A stretch of 63,809 nt of DNA, counting the filler, from Octopus bimaculoides (taxonomy: Eukaryota), in NCBI RefSeq assembly GCF_001194135.2. It is 6 parts of 6 records of this genome, joined end to end, with 100 filler letters (N's around TTAATTAATTAA, not from the genome) between each part and the next. Parts side by side here need not be neighbours in the genome. Positions count along the whole stretch, not along the records: positions 1 to 16,032 come from NC_069002.1; 5 more parts are not named here. One strand, 5' to 3'. The notes under the pieces are model-generated. The model searched no databases, was not told the DNA's origin, and saw only the letters and a program-made list of their open reading frames with translations. Positions within the stretch are counted from its first letter, which is position 1; every line of letters begins with the position of its first letter. The translations under genes and the position numbers were made by a program. Below, one piece after another: positions 1 to 10,797 of the stretch.

Positions 1-33
<33 letters not shown>

Positions 34-226
34 GTGTGCCTGTGTTTGTTCCCCCCAACATCGCTTGACAACTGATGCTGGTGTGTTTACGTCCCCGTAA
101 CTTAGCGGTTCGGCAAAAGACCGATAGAATAAGTACTAGGCTTACAAAGAATAAGTCCTGGGGTCGATTAACTCAACAAAGTGGTACTCCAGCATGACCA
201 CAGTCAAATGACTGAAACAATAAAAG
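1..226 (+). mobile_element. SINE family A, 3' half
   Basis: GGTGTGTTTACGTCCCCGTAACTTAGCGGTTCGGCAAAAG...CCAGCATGACCACAGTCAAATGACTGAAACAATAAAAGAG; the same sequence recurs more than 10 times in the window. Confidence 0.85.
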
Positions 227-556
227 AGTATTATAGTATCTATAACAACTCGGGCTGTAACTTTTGAGCTCGAGTCAGGCGCGTGTGAACGATGTCGAGA
301 GAACACCTGCCACGAACGATATTGTTTGACACAGGGCACCTCTGAGACGACCATCAGACGCCGAACGAAAATAAATGAACTGCGACCAGGCTTCAATAAA
401 AGGAGCCCGAATTATTGGCTGAAATTACATACTTGAAGTCAGTGTTGGCAGAAATTAAATCAGCTTGCAAATACACGTTCACTTTATTAAAACTTATACT
501 CGGCCTAAGCCCGAACAGCCCGAGTGCTGGTGACGCCACCTATGTATATATACTTA

Positions 557-794
557 CACGAAGGGGTGCTAAAAAGTTCCTGGCTTTGGGTAAAAGAAAA
601 TACAGGAGAATCAGTTATGATTTTATTCAACATATTCCCCTCTTAGATTCACACACTTATTGCAGAAGTCCTTCAGTTTTTCTAAGGTCCGTAAAAGAAC
701 TCAGAAGGGTGCTGAAAAGTTCCTGGCTTTAAGGGTGTCGCGAAAGGCGACACCCTTTACCCTTAAAGCCAAGAACTTTCAATACTCCATCGTA
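557..794. mobile_element. Mariner-type MITE with an extra internal TIR copy
   Basis: Left end ACGAAGGGGTGCTAAAAAGTTCCTGGCTTT and right end AAAGCCAAGAACTTTCAATACTCCATCGTA are imperfect inverted repeats, with TA at the right end. A third TIR-like copy lies at about 703-730. Confidence 0.7.
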
Positions 795-829
795 TATATA
801 TGTATGTATGTATGCGTGCATGTATGTAT

Positions 830-1746
830 GTTTGTCCTTAAGAGACGAGATCACTGCACGAATAAAAAAAGGCCACCGATGCTTTGTCGCGTTGAAAGGT
901 TGTGTTTGGTCCCAGAAAGGCTTGAAAAATAACATCAACCTAGCAGTCTATAACGCCTGCATACTGACATGTGTATTATTTTCGTATGAAACATGGGAGG
1001 TGTACTGTTATCACCTAGAAACGCTTCAGTGCTTCCAGTAGTTGTGTTTGAGAAACATCTTGGACATCCACTGCATGACTCACACTTCTGACACGAGGAA
1101 TTTAGAAAGAGCTAATGCTGTTAGTATTGAAGCCTATATCCATTGTCATCATATGCACTGGGTCAGTCGCGTAGTGCTTTTTGATAACCGCAGAATTTCC
1201 AAGCAAATATTTTATAGCGTGCTGTCGCAAGGCACTCGACCACAGGTATAAGCCAAGAAAGTGATTCAAGAACGCTTCGAATCTGTGAGATCTCAGAACA
1301 AAAATGGGAAGATATTTAACGTGATAGGAAAACCTGGAAACAAACAGCCTATGAAGGAGTAAGCACATTCCAGTGAAATGTAAAAGATCAGCACCTTAAA
1401 ACAATTCCATCGACCCTACAATTCTTCACCGAGTCTGTGAATTCTGTGGCCTCAGATGTATGTCTCGCGCAGGCCTGGTGAGTCACCAGAGAAGCCATAT
1501 AGAAAAAAAACTTGTTACAAACTACAGACTTTCTTGCTGGGGCCAACCGCACATGTACTGTCTGCCAAAAAACTTATATAAATCGCTCAGGTTTATCCAG
1601 GTACACGAGGGTGCTCAGAGAACATCATAAGAATGATCCAGAGAAACCAAGAAGTCAAAAGGAATTTGCATGAATGTCGACCCTGCAGCAATTTCTGTAA
1701 GTCACTGCCAGGATTCAAGAGCCATTGTCGTTCACACAACATGTAG
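830..1746 (+). mobile_element. RTE-clade LINE, decayed ORF2 C-terminal part with terminal C2H2 zinc finger
   Basis: Translates with stops and frameshifts to DEITARIKK...VWSQKGL...AVYNACILTCVLFSYETW...CLRNILDI...HWVSRV...RISKQIFYSVL, ending ECRPCSNFCKSLPGFKSHCRSHNM* (1671-1746). It parallels the copy at 61833-62530. Confidence 0.85.
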
Positions 1747-1827
1747 TGCTGTCATACATTTTATTTAGTCATTACTCGTTTAACGAGCCGACAACCTTCG
1801 TGTGTGTATACAACCTATAAACACAGA

Positions 1828-2117
1828 CATGGCTGCGGGCCTCTGGAATTTGCATCAGTCCCACTATGCGGCACCTCGGGCAAGTGTCTTCAACTATAGT
1901 GCCGGCCGATCAATGTCTCGTGAGATCGTCGTGTGTGTATGTGTGCCCTTGCTTGCTGGCCAGTGTTGGTTTATTTACGTTCCCATATCTTAGCGGTTCG
2001 GTAAAAAGGAATATGTATCAGAACTAAAAGCAAAAATAAGTACTAGGGCAAATTTGTTCGACGAAACCCTTCAAGACGGTACCCCAGCATGGCCGCAGTT
2101 CAATGACTGAAACAAAT
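1828..2117 (+). mobile_element. SINE family A, degenerate near-full copy
   Basis: CAGTCCCACT..GGCACCTCGGGCAAGTGTCTTC head and CCAGCATGGCCGCAGTTCAATGACTGAAACA tail. Confidence 0.75.
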
Positions 2118-2180
2118 CACATATATGTGTGTGTGTGCATGCGTGCGTGTGTGTGTGCGTGCGTATGTGTGTGTGGGGTA

Positions 2181-2916
2181 TACTTAGATACTTAGATAAG
2201 TTTCGGCCGAAGTTGGCCTGTGCCATGTTTCATTTAATAGCACCACCTAGAAAAGTCAGCTCTTGGACACCATAACCCATTCGAGCAGAGAGTTATTGTT
2301 TTCAGAAACATATCCGGATGTGGATGGTTTGTCCTGTATTTTTGGGAGGTAATCATCTAGGGACCGTTTGAATGCCGTGAAGTCATTTTCCTCCTTTATG
2401 TGGGCTGGCACGATGTTCAAGAGAGCAAGGCCAGTTGAGGTGAGATACTTCTGTTGTACAACACGAACATGATTCCTGTAGTAGACGGATGGCACGGGGG
2501 CCAAATCACGGATGAATTTTAAAGATGATACCTTTATCATTAGGGCAATGTTGATGGAATATTTTCCACACCATACAGATGATATAACGCTCACAGCGGC
2601 GTTGGCGGGAGCAAAGCCTGAGCTTTTTGAGTCAATCCCAATAGTAAAAAAAGATGCAGTTATATAGGATTTGTGTACAAGCCGTTACTCTTTTTTTCTT
2701 GTGATTGATCTCTGAGGAGCTTCAATTTTCATATTCTGTATCGTGGGGCAGGGACCACAGCGGAAAACAGTATTCAAGGCGAGGGCGAGCAAAAGTAGAG
2801 AAAAGTAGAAGAATGGTAGGAGCGTCTCTGGAGCGGAAAGTCCTGAGGATCCAGGAGCACGCCCAACGTGCTATGTCAAATTTGCTGTTTATGTGAGCAG
2901 CTTGTTTTGTTGTCAA
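2181..2916 (-). mobile_element. CR1/L2-group LINE 3' end with 8-bp tandem tail
   Basis: Peptides WILRTFRSRDAPTILLLFSTFARPRLEYCFPLWS and FKRSLDDYLPKIQDKPSTSGYVSENNNSLLEW. The element ends in (TATCTAAG)2+ at 2181-2200. Confidence 0.75.
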
Positions 2917-2996
2917 CNNNNNNNNNNNNNNNNNNNNNNNNNNNNNNNNNNNNACGAGGGTTTCACCCGAAGAGTCACCGAAGTGAGAGTGTTAAA

Positions 2997-3232
2997 AAGC
3001 GGCGAGCTGGCAGAAGCGTTAGCACGCCGGGCGAAATGCTTAGTGGTATTTCGTCTGCCGTTACGTTCTGAGTTCAAATTCCGCCGAGGTCGACTTTGCC
3101 TTTCATCCTTTCGGGGTCGATTTAAATAAGTACCAGTTACGCACTGGGATCGATATAATCGACTTAATCCGTTTGTCTGTCCTTGTTTGTCCCCTCTGTG
3201 TGTAGTCCCCTGTGGGCAGTAAAGTAATAAGA
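2997..3232 (+). mobile_element. SINE family B (long-tail variant) inserted in the CR1/L2-like LINE
   Basis: GGCGAGCTGGCAGAAGCGTTAGC A-box-like start, GAGTTCAAATTC B-box-like motif, and GGTCGACTTTGCCTTTCATCCTTTCGGGGTCGA...TAAGTACCAG core. Confidence 0.85.
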
Positions 3233-3239
3233 GTGTCTG

Positions 3240-3320
3240 GTTGTTAGAATGCAGTCTCTTTACCGAAGTGGATTAGGTTGAATTTTTCTTCGTTTAGCCG
3301 CATATTATGTTTCTCAATAT

Positions 3321-3371
<51 letters not shown>

Positions 3372-3480
3372 CTTGCTCCTCGATATGAATTGAGCGGTGG
3401 ATAGTGTCGCCGTGTTTTGAGCTGATCACCAAATGACTTCATTACCACCTGCTGATGGTGTAACAGAAGTTCAAAATTCG
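3240..3480 (-). mobile_element. Upstream fragment of the same CR1/L2-like LINE (post-RT motif region), split by a (TAG)n tract
   Basis: NMRLNEEKFNLIHFG resembles the post-YADD region of CR1/L2 reverse transcriptases and is collinear with 2181-2916. Confidence 0.5.
3322..3370. repeat. (TAG)n microsatellite
   Basis: Direct read. Confidence 0.95.
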
Positions 3481-4019
3481 AATAGCGTTCCCCCTACCCG
3501 CATCTTCCATAATCAGTCAACCGTATTAAATTGTTTACATTTTATGTTTCTAGTGTCAGTGGAAGGTTAATGAATCTGTAAACGAAAGGTGAGTAAGTTC
3601 TGTCTGTATATTGTGAATGTGTGGCCGGGAGAATTGGTTAGAAAATCTGTTAGGGTCGTATGGTGGTTCTGTCACGACTGTGGAGCTGTGACTATGAATT
3701 TCGATGGTGAAGAAGCTGTCGAACTAAGTGACAATGCGAAAATGCTCAGCAAATAGGTTCGTATCTATTTTCGTTACAAGCAAAACTATTTCGTAGGTGT
3801 CACAAATACCTTTGTTGAGTGGGTGGTCATATTGAAACGGACTCAAAATGGATGAATCTCAATCGTGACTTGGGAAATAGACTCTCTCGTCGAAGACGAC
3901 GTATAAGCGTTCAGCTTTTGCCGAACGACCCACACAAACGATTTGTTTGTAGTGATGAAATGTATGAGCCGTACATTATTAGCTCACTCTCTCCACCAAA
4001 TGGACGTTGCCTGAACGGG

Positions 4020-4125
4020 TGCACAGTGTACCATGTGCCAGGGGTCAGGTGTCAAAGTGATCACAATGCAACGAGAGATGAAGTGTTCTGCTCAAGAACT
4101 CAATGCACAATCATGAGTGCAGCGC
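4020..4125 (-). mobile_element. SINE family D fragment
   Basis: GAGATGAAGTGTTCTGCTCAAGAACTCAATGCAC...GAGTGCAGCGCCCTAACC matches the copy at 24540-24775. Confidence 0.55.
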
Positions 4126-4129
4126 CCTA

Positions 4130-4290
4130 ACCGACGAGCTTCTTTCAGTTTCTGTCTACCAAATCCGCCCACAAGGCTTTGGTCAATCCGAGGATATGGT
4201 AGGAGACATTTGTCCAAGGTGCCATGTAGTTGAACTGAAACCAAAACCATGTAACTGGGAAGCAACATTCTTATCACTCAACCATGCCTA
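4130..4290 (-). mobile_element. SINE family A, 5' half
   Basis: Reverse complement of the family A head (CTTCTTTCAGTTTCTGTCTACCAAATCC...CCAAGGTGCCA). Confidence 0.75.
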
Positions 4291-4944
4291 CACGTGGAAA
4301 CAAAAATACAGCATTTTATTCAATTTCTTAAACAAACTGATCCGACGAAAACACCTTATATAGTATCATGGCATTACCTGTATATTTAGTATCGTTAAGG
4401 TTGAAGGCTCAAAAGCGAATATTGCAGCCGACACCACGAAGAAACTCTGTCTGCCAGTCTTGTGGTTCCCCTACCGAGTAACATGCAAGTTATGAAGGAG
4501 TTTTTCTGTGACTTTTTTTTTTGCTTGATTGGGTGTCGTATACGTATACTCAGAAAGTTAGGGAGGGGGTTGGGGGGAGCGTGATGAAGATGTCTGCCAT
4601 CAAAATGGCATATTTATTGCTTAACTGAATCAACAAAATTCGAATGCACTCAACATGGCTCAGACATATTCGAGAAATCAACGTTCATGACTATACATGA
4701 GGATAGAATGGAAAACCAAACTGAAGGATAGTTTAGCTTTTTTACCAATCTCTTCTCTCCTGAGAGTCGAATACTGGGGCTTGGGCATTACTGTGGCATT
4801 CCCTGCATTTCCAGCATCCAAATCAGCTTCTTGCTTTCCATCGTTTGTGAGTACGGCCCTGAGACACTTGAACTTATCCATTTCCTTCTGTTCCACCAGA
4901 CGTGGATTTGAATTCTGATGAAATAATAATTTATTCTAATTTAG

Positions 4945-5150
4945 GCTCAAGGCCAACAAGTATGAGAAGAGGGAGTTAGCCGATGCTATTGAGTTCAGTA
5001 TTTGACGGATAGTTTATTTTATCGACCCCGAAAGAATGAAAAGCAAAGTTGACCTCGGTGGGATCTGAACCTGGAACGTAATCATCTGGAGCAAATAGCG
5101 AAGTAGTGCAAAGGCATTTCTTCCGACGCTCTAACCGATTCTGCCAATCC
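4945..5150 (-). mobile_element. SINE family B
   Basis: TTTTATCGACCCCGAAAGAATGAAAAGCAAAGTTGACCTCGG is the reverse complement of the family B core. Confidence 0.75.
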
Positions 5151-5177
5151 ATATAATAATATGATAATAATAAATGT

Positions 5178-5385
5178 AAAGGCGGTGAGCTGGCAGAATC
5201 GTTAATACTCGGGACAAAATACCTAGCGGCATTTCGTCTGTCTTTACTTTCTGAATTCAAATTCCGTCGAGGTCAACTTTGCCTTTCATCTTTTCGGGGC
5301 TGCTAGAATAAGTACCAGTTGAACACTGGGGTCGATGTAATCGACTTATTCTCACTCCTAAAATTGCTAGCCTTGTAGCAAAACT
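5178..5385 (+). mobile_element. SINE family B
   Basis: AAGGCGGTGAGCTGGCAGAATCG...TTTGCCTTTCATCTTTTCGGGG...CTGGGGTCGATGTAATCGACT...CCTTGTAGCAAAA. Confidence 0.85.
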
Positions 5386-5529
5386 GTGAAGGCATTTTAT
5401 CGTTGTTGTTGAACTCCAGGAAAAGAAAACCCTAATCGAGTGGACCCTTAATCAATGACGCTCCACTCGTGACCATCTCGACATTTTTCCATGCGCAATA
5501 CGCCTAAAATCACAGTATCCAACGTATAT

Positions 5530-5669
5530 AGGCGTAGGAGTGGCTGTGTGGTAAGTGGAATATTTATGAAATAAAGTAGCTTGCTTATGAACCACATGGT
5601 TCCGGGTTCAGTCCCACTGCGTGGCACCTTGGGTAAGTGTCTTCTACTATAGCCTCGGGCCGACCAAAG
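5530..5669 (+). mobile_element. SINE family A, tRNA-like head (runs into gap)
   Basis: GGCGTAGGAGTGGCTGTGTGGTAAG...GGGTTCAGTCCC A/B-box-like motifs, with a 17-bp insert and AAGT duplication at 5553-5577. Confidence 0.85.
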
Positions 5670-6227
5670 NNNNNNNNNNNNNNNNNNNNNNNNNNNNNNN
5701 NNNNNNNNNNNNNNNNNNNNNNNNNNNNNNNNNNNNNNNNNNNNNNNNNNNNNNNNNNNNNNNNNNNNNNNNNNNNNNNNNNNNNNNNNNNNNNNNNNNN
5801 NNNNNNNNNNNNNNNNNNNNNNNNNNNNNNNNNNNNNNNNNNNNNNNNNNNNNNNNNNNNNNNNNNNNNNNNNNNNNNNNNNNNNNNNNNNNNNNNNNNN
5901 NNNNNNNNNNNNNNNNNNNNNNNNNNNNNNNNNNNNNNNNNNNNNNNNNNNNNNNNNNNNNNNNNNNNNNNNNNNNNNNNNNNNNNNNNNNNNNNNNNNN
6001 NNNNNNNNNNNNNNNNNNNNNNNNNNNNNNNNNNNNNNNNNNNNNNNNNNNNNNNNNNNNNNNNNNNNNNNNNNNNNNNNNNNNNNNNNNNNNNNNNNNN
6101 NNNNNNNNNNNNNNNNNNNNNNNNNNNNNNNNNNNNNNNNNNNNNNNNNNNNNNNNNNNNNNNNNNNNNNNNNNNNNNNTTATTATTCCGAGTATTTTAT
6201 GTGAGGGTGGGGGAAGGTTAATTAGTT

Positions 6228-6455
6228 GTCATCACGGTCGTCATCGTCATCGTCGTCATCATCGTCATTGTCGTCGTCGTCGTCGTCGTCGTCATCCTCG
6301 TTGTCGTCATCGTTGTCATCTTTATCATTCATCACCATCGCCATGGTTATCGTTATCGTCATCATCACCATCATCATCATCATCATCATCAACATCATCA
6401 TCAACATCGTCGTCGTCGTCGTCGTCGTCGTCTTCGTTATTATCGTCATTCTCAT
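6228..6455. repeat. Compound (CAT)/(CGT)n microsatellite
   Basis: Direct read. Confidence 0.95.
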
Positions 6456-6514
6456 ATTCTTTTAGTGGTCTCATTTGTAGGACGGCAGCCATGCTGGAGC
6501 ACCGCCTCAATTTA

Positions 6515-6725
6515 TTTCCTTTCAGTTTTGTAGTCGCTTTTGGGGTTGGAAATTGGTCTACGATTGACTTCGTGGCAGCTGATCTTCCCTGAACGTATCG
6601 AATGGTTGGCTCGTCTGGTATCGTCGTTAGGAATTCATGCAGTGTTTCTTTGAATATTTTAGTAGAGGCCCCTTTATATTTCCTGGTAGGTAGCTGAACT
6701 ATTGAAGGATCTCTAAATATCAAAG
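6515..6725 (-). mobile_element. CR1/L2-group LINE 3' fragment
   Basis: IFKETLHEFLTTIPDEPTIRYVQGRSAATKSIVDQ parallels the C-terminal motif at 2256-2400. Confidence 0.65.
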
Positions 6726-6904
6726 TGATACAATAGAGTGTTTTTACTCATGATTTCGAAAGTGGTATATTTAGAAGCTGAGAATAACTACCAGTTCGTG
6801 CATTAGAATTTTCTCTAATGCCGAAGTTTGGAACATGCCCCTCCAGGATTTTCTATACGTATATGATAGTATATCTCTCTCTCTTCGGCGTTCAAGAAAG
6901 TAGA

Positions 6905-7027
6905 GACTCTTTACTCTTTTACTCTGTCACTTGTTTCAGTCATTTGACTGCGGCCATGCTGGAGCACCACTTTTTAGTCGAGCCAATCGACCCCAGGACT
7001 TATTCTTTGTAAGCCTAGTACTTATTC
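6905..7027 (-). mobile_element. SINE family A, 3' part
   Basis: TTGTTTCAGTCATTTGACTGCGGCCATGCTGGAGCACC...CCCCAGGACTTATTCTTTGTAAGCCTAGTACTTATTC. Confidence 0.85.
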
Positions 7028-7288
7028 AAGACCAGTGAGGTTGATGCCATTAATGTTCCTGTTTAAATTATTGTTGGTCAACACCAGCAGGAAACATATG
7101 AAAAGGGAGAAGATTCCAGTAGGGTAAAAGTTCCGGGGGGGAAAGGACTATAGTAAATTGGTGAGTGCGAGGCCGAGGGAGGGGGGAGTTGGATGCACCA
7201 AGAGTGATGAGGGAGCGGGGCAGGGGTTAAGAAGTGAGGGACGTCTTAAAAATTAGCAAGCACATATTTAACAGAGTACTTCTTAAAT

Positions 7289-7813
7289 CAGTGTTTCCCA
7301 AACTATGAGTCGCGACCCACTGATGGGTCGCGAACGGAATCCTAGTAGGTCGCAAAAAGTTATAAAATTACTCATTAGCTTTGATTAACTGCTGTCTATC
7401 GAGATAGTTCAAGACTCATGTTTTCAATACCAGACTGGTTGTTTTATCGAGCAGTAGGCTTTTTTCACGAACTTAACAAATCAGAGGTGGTCATTTTCTC
7501 AAGTTATTTATTCGTACGTAATCGTAAAAGAAGGAAAAGTCTGTTTTTACCTATTTATAGAGAACTTTAACTAGGCGCAGTATAACACTGGTCGAGCCGA
7601 TAACAGTTACTGCTTCGAGGTTTTATATTAGAGTTAACACCTGCCCATAGGATATGGAGGCGTTGAAACAATTCTCACAGGTCTCAATGAAAATGTAATC
7701 TGATATAAATTTGTTTCTTTCATTAATGTTTTTACCCAGTAGAGTTAAGTGGGTCGCCATACATTGGTGTCATAGATAGTGGGTCGCGTCTCTAAAAAGT
7801 TTGGGAACCACTG
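7289..7813. mobile_element. Non-autonomous hAT (Charlie-like) DNA transposon with intact ends and target-site duplication
   Basis: 16-bp TIRs CAGTGTTTCCCAAACT (7289-7304) and AGTTTGGGAACCACTG (7798-7813) with one mismatch. Identical 8-bp TSD TCTTAAAT at 7281-7288 and 7814-7821. Subterminal GGGTCGC motifs at both ends. Confidence 0.92.
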
Positions 7814-7979
7814 TCTTAAATGTTTTGGAAAATAGGATGGGTTTGTCACGATTGGGANNNNNNNNNNNNNNNNNNNNNNNNNNNNNNNNNNNNNNNNNNN
7901 NNNNTCTTAGGCCGGCTCAGACACCACGACCGCCGACGCCAACATCTCCACTTCTTTCACCGCGGATACCGCTGCTACA

Positions 7980-8463
7980 ATCACCACCACCACCACCACC
8001 ACCACCACCACTACCACACCGCGTCCTCTGACGCTGGCCACCCATCCTCATCATCACTACCACCACCACCACCACCAATATCATCATCATCACCTTTACT
8101 ATTACCACCACCACTACCATTAGTATCCTACGCTTTTCTCAACCATGACGGATCCATACCACGTGGTGTGAGGCTTTGAAATTCCTTTCATTTTAGTGGG
8201 AGTAAATAACCTACAAGTTATTTACCACCTCCACCACCAGCCCCATCACCACCACTGTAGTCTATACAGCACAACAATCAGGAAATACTACCACCACCAT
8301 CACCGCCATCACCACCACTATCAACACAGTTACGACTACCTTTACTCTGACAATTAGTACCACAATAACAATTGCCACCACCGTATCACTTCGTCACCAC
8401 CATCGTCTTGACCAATGCGAAAACCACCACCATCGCCATCACCAAAATCAATACTACCACCTC
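7980..8463. repeat. (CAC)/(CAT)-rich low-complexity tracts
   Basis: Direct read. Confidence 0.85.
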
Positions 8464-9361
8464 NNNNNNNNNNNNNNNNNNNNNNNNNNNNNNNNNNNNN
8501 NNNNNNNNNNNNNNNNNNNNNNNNNNNNNNNNNNNNNNNNNNNNNNNNNNNNNNNNNNNNNNNNNNNNNNNNNNNNNNNNNNNNNNNNNNNNNNNNNNNN
8601 NNNNNNNNNNNNNNNNNNNNNNNNNNNNNNNNNNNNNNNNNNNNNNNNNNNNNNNNNNNNNNNNNNNNNNNNNNNNNNNNNNNNNNNNNNNNNNNNNNNN
8701 NNNNNNNNNNNNNNNNNNNNNNNNNNNNNNNNNNNNNNNNNNNNNNNNNNNNNNNNNNNNNNNNNNNNNNNNNNNNNNNNNNNNNNNNNNNNNNNNNNNN
8801 NNNNNNNNNNNNNNNNNNNNNNNNNNNNNNNNNNNNNNNNNNNNNNNNNNNNNNNNNNNNNNNNNNNNNNNNNNNNNNNNNNNNNNNNNNNNNNNNNNNN
8901 NNNNNNNNNNNNGTCCCCTCCCCACTATCACCACCACCACTTTTATTTACCATATTAATTTCCTGTTGAATGCCATCTCGAATATTTCACGACGACTTCC
9001 CAGACTGTATCGAAAAGTCACTAAAAATAGAATTTTTTTTCCCTTCCTCTTTTCGTGTTTTTTTTAAAACCCTCCACAACCATCTACCCCGACCACCCTA
9101 TTTTGCCCCCAACATCCCATTTGACCTTGAGATTCGTTGGGTGTTTTTCTTTTTTCTTCTTTTTCCTTTTGCACGAAATTTCTTCCATTAGACACCAGCG
9201 AACGAGATAAAAGCTATATCTCTTTTTGTTTCGCTTTTGTTTTTATGTCCTCATTGGCTCACCTTTAACTGACAGAAGCCTTTTCTTGTGCGGTTGGGTT
9301 AAGGACAAGCATTGTACTCAAACATAGAGACTTAGTTGCTGAAAGATCGATTGAAAACAAC

Positions 9362-9800
9362 AAAACTCTTTTACTTGTTTCAGTCATTTGACTGTGGCCA
9401 TGCTGGAGCACCGTCTTTAGTCGAGCAAATCGACCCCAGGACTTATTCTTTGGAAGCTTAGTACTTATTCTATCGGTCTCTTTTGCCGAACCGCTAAGTT
9501 ACGGGGATGTAAACACACCACCATCGGTTGTCAAGCGATGTTGGGGGAACAAACATAGACACACACACATACATATATGTATACATATATACGACGGGCT
9601 TCTTTCAGTTTCCGTCTACCAAATCCACCACTAGACTGAACTCAAAGCAACTCCACGAGGTTGAGGAGAAAAATTCTTACCATATAGCCATGCCTACATG
9701 TTGCTGGAACTTTGGCCACGTGTCTTCTACCATAGCCTACGGCCTACGAAGGACTTGTGAGTGGATTTCGTAGACGGAAACTGAAAGAAGCTCGTCGTTT
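9362..9800 (-). mobile_element. SINE family A, near-full but rearranged
   Basis: Reverse complement of the tail, core, internal (CA/TA) tract and GACGGGCTTCTTTCAGTTTCCGTCTACC segment. Confidence 0.85.
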
Positions 9801-10158
9801 ATGTATATGTGCGTGTGGGGTGTGTGAAATTTGGCTGGTGACTGCCGCTGTTACCATTTGTAGTTGTTAGCTTGAGAGGCAGAGAGAAAAAGGGTTTGCT
9901 AAGAAATGAAAGGGAGTGGAGGGCGCAACACGTTACCAAAAGGTTCGGATTGAGTTAACGGTTTCACACCCGGCTCCAATGCTCCTGGCAATATGTGGCA
10001 ATAACCGTCATATCTCATGATAAGCCAGCATGGAGAGTCCGAGTCGCCTTATATATCAATTAATAGGAAATGTAGATCGGATTGCGCAACAGTGACAATA
10101 GGCTCGCACGTATATTTATATTCAGTTTTAAAATGCTAATTACATATTCTGCGCTTCT

Positions 10159-10159
<1 letters not shown>

Positions 10160-10214
<55 letters not shown>
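10160..10214. repeat. (CA)n microsatellite running into gap
   Basis: Direct read. Confidence 0.95.
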
Positions 10215-10797
10215 NNNNNNNNNNNNNNNNNNNNNNNNNNNNNNNNNNNNNNNNNNNNNNNNNNNNNNNNNNNNNNNNNNNNNNNNNNNNNNNNNNNNNN
10301 NNNNNNNNNNNNNNNNNNNNNNNNNNNNNNNNNNNNNNNNNNNNNNNNNNNNNNNNNNNNNNNNNNNNNNNNNNNNNNNNNNNNNNNNNNNNNNNNNNNN
10401 NNNNNNNNNNNNNNNNNNNNNNNNNNNNNNNNNNNNNNNNNNNNNNNNNNNNNNNNNNNNNNNNNNNNNNNNNNNNNNNNNNNNNNNNNNNNNNNNNNNN
10501 NNNNNNNNNNNNNNNNNNNNNNNNNNNNNNNNNNNNNNNNNNNNNNNNNNNNNNNNNNNNNNNNNNNNNNNNNNNNNNNNNNNNNNNNNNNNNNNNNNNN
10601 NNNNNNNNNNNNNNNNNNNNNNNNNNNNNNNNNNNNNNNNNNNNNNNNNNNNNNNNNNNNNNNNNNNNNNNNNNNNNNNNNNNNNNNNNNNNNNNNNNNN
10701 NNNNNNNNNNNNNNNNNNNNNNNNNNNNNNNNNNNNNNNNNNNNNNNNNNNNNNNNNNNNNNNNNNNNNNNNNNNNNCAGGGAAAATTCAATGTATT

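Noticed and set aside
300-400. GTSETTIRRR, resembling a Tc1 helix-turn-helix
   Set aside because: Ten-residue resemblance with no TIR or DDE region; insufficient.
415-732. 105-aa ORF
   Set aside because: Runs through the non-coding mariner MITE; no transposase or other motif.
3819-4130. 103-aa ORF containing RRRRRISV
   Set aside because: GTG start with an in-frame stop just upstream, no usable in-frame acceptor, and the 3' third is SINE sequence.
10082-10089. Perfect TTGCGCAA (C/EBP-type) site in a unique CpG-containing stretch
   Set aside because: A single 8-mer is expected by chance at this scale, with no promoter or transcript evidence.
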